Source: Alphaproteobacteria bacterium
GTDB lineage: Bacteria > Pseudomonadota > Alphaproteobacteria > RF32 > CAG-239
DNA length: 64,000 bases
Assembly (NCBI GenBank): GCA_017626035.1
Contig: JAGAJR010000016.1
Coordinates: forward strand, 41,272 to 105,271
Reading direction: 5' to 3'
The notes beneath the pieces were generated by a model. It was not told where the DNA came from and ran no database searches. It saw only the letters and a program-made list of their open reading frames with translations. Shown here one piece after another: positions 62,966 to 64,000 of this stretch (positions within the stretch are counted from its first letter, which is position 1; every line of letters begins with the position of its first letter). The translations under genes were made by a program, and so were the position numbers.

Positions 62966-63934
62966 ATGAGTTTTAAAGTATTGGAATCAGTGTTAAGACC
63001 GTTATCTTATTGGTATAATCAGGATAATATCGAGGAAGTTGCCATCAACCGTTCCGGGCAGATTTGGCTGCGTCTTCGCGGTAAAAGGGCTTATCCGTGG
63101 GTTATGTATAAAGATGAGAAATTAACTAAAGAATATTTGGTGGATTTGCTTTATATTATTGCCAATACGTATGAACTGCCGTTTGATCCGGTTCAGGGAA
63201 CTCCGGTTGTCTATGCGACCATTCCGGGCGAACATCGTTTTTCGGCGATTGCCGGCCGTAACGTTATGTATGACCAAGACGATCTGACCGGCGGTGTGGC
63301 CATAGCCATCCGTCTCCATAGTGAAGATGTTGCCTTTGGTTTACAGGACTATGGTTTGAGCCAGGGTTCCGGATTGCACAAGATTAACCCGTTAAAAGAC
63401 ATTAAAGATCCGGAAGATCCTTATGAACGGCTGTTGTTGAGTTTGAAACGCGGTGATCATATTTTGGTGAGTGGTGCGACTTCAACCGGTAAAACAACCT
63501 TCTTAAACAACTTGCTGAAGATTTTGGACATCAATAAACGTATTGTAACCATTGAAGATACTCGAGAATTATTGGTTCCGCATCCGAACCGCGTCCATTT
63601 GGTCTTGTCCCGTACCGAACAAACCAATACGATGGATTACAGCAAAATCATCGACTTGGTGGTGCGTTTTACACCTGATGCCATTATCGGCGGTGAGATT
63701 TCCACCAGTAACGCCGGAGCCTTGTGGGAGCTGATGGGATCCGGACACGATAACTGTTTGGCAACTATCCATGCCGAGAGCTCCGAAGCGGCTTATAAAG
63801 CGTTTACCGACCGTATTTTGCATACTTATCCGACAATTGACAGGGTAAAAACAATTGAAGAAATGCACAAAAAACTGCGGGTTGTTCAAATTAATCGTGA
63901 TGGCAACTTGCGTGCTATTACCGAAGTAACTTAA
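62966..63934 (+). CDS. virB11: VirB11-family T4SS ATPase
   Basis: 322 aa. Walker A GATSTGKTT, IVTIEDTREL, Walker B-region PDAIIGGEIS and His box GHDNCLATIHAES. Confidence 0.92.
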   Translation: MSFKVLESVLRPLSYWYNQDNIEEVAINRSGQIWLRLRGKRAYPWVMYKDEKLTKEYLVDLLYIIANTYELPFDPVQGTPVVYATIPGEHRFSAIAGRNVMYDQDDLTGGVAIAIRLHSEDVAFGLQDYGLSQGSGLHKINPLKDIKDPEDPYERLLLSLKRGDHILVSGATSTGKTTFLNNLLKILDINKRIVTIEDTRELLVPHPNRVHLVLSRTEQTNTMDYSKIIDLVVRFTPDAIIGGEISTSNAGALWELMGSGHDNCLATIHAESSEAAYKAFTDRILHTYPTIDRVKTIEEMHKKLRVVQINRDGNLRAITEVT

Positions 63935-63937
63935 ATA

Positions 63938-63965
63938 AAAAGCCCCTTGAAACAGGGGCTTTTTA
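63938..63965 (+). terminator. Rho-independent terminator after virB11
   Basis: AGCCCCT (63941-63947) - loop - AGGGGCT (63954-63960), followed by TTTTT. Confidence 0.8.
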
Positions 63966-64000
63966 TTGTTGAATTGTTTGATTTTGGATTATTGCAACTT

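Noticed and set aside
18276-64000. Whole pilus plus T4SS region as an integrative conjugative element or prophage-like island
   Set aside because: No integrase, relaxase, VirD4, oriT-like repeats or flanking att repeats could be found in the window. The tRNA-Arg scars face away from this region. Mobility therefore cannot be claimed from this sequence.

Overview
The window looks like a chromosomal segment from a moderately AT-rich, probably alphaproteobacterial genome. Supporting genes are the cmk-rpsA pair, rsmE, gpt, a DUF1058-type SH3 protein, an ELM1/DUF1022-like protein and an RquA-like methyltransferase. Positions 1 to about 18.2 kb hold ordinary housekeeping and accessory genes. Two items there stand out: a tRNA-Arg(CCT) with nested duplications of its 3' end, and a translationally coupled vWA(TerY)-PP2C-Ser/Thr kinase triad. 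From 18.3 kb to the right edge the window is dominated by cell-surface machinery. It starts with an orphan PilT/DotB-like ATPase, a sulfatase-family membrane enzyme and a Fic protein preceded by an ATTAGGTAAT box array. Next comes an R64/Tcp-like type IVb pilus operon on the minus strand (22.0-33.8 kb): PilL-like lipoprotein, PilN-type secretin, PilO-like, PilP-like, GspE-type ATPase, GspF-type platform, a pilin-fold paralog and two tandem pilins. Divergent from it is a ~30 kb VirB-type type IV secretion locus (34.1-63.9 kb), which is the main candidate for something undescribed. It has three VirB2 paralogs (one embedded in an ~850-aa protein), VirB3, VirB4, two VirB8, a VirB7-like lipoprotein, a VirB9 fused to a SPOR domain, and VirB11. 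Four large secreted coiled-coil proteins (up to 1855 aa) sit where VirB5/VirB6 normally lie. Two giant proteins (1286 and 1475 aa) are built from short DG-x-x-IG repeats, and the second ends in a VirB10 core, analogous to H. pylori CagY. I could not see VirB1, a polytopic VirB6, VirD4, a relaxase, an integrase or a prepilin peptidase in the window. All family assignments come from reading motifs by eye; no database search was run.
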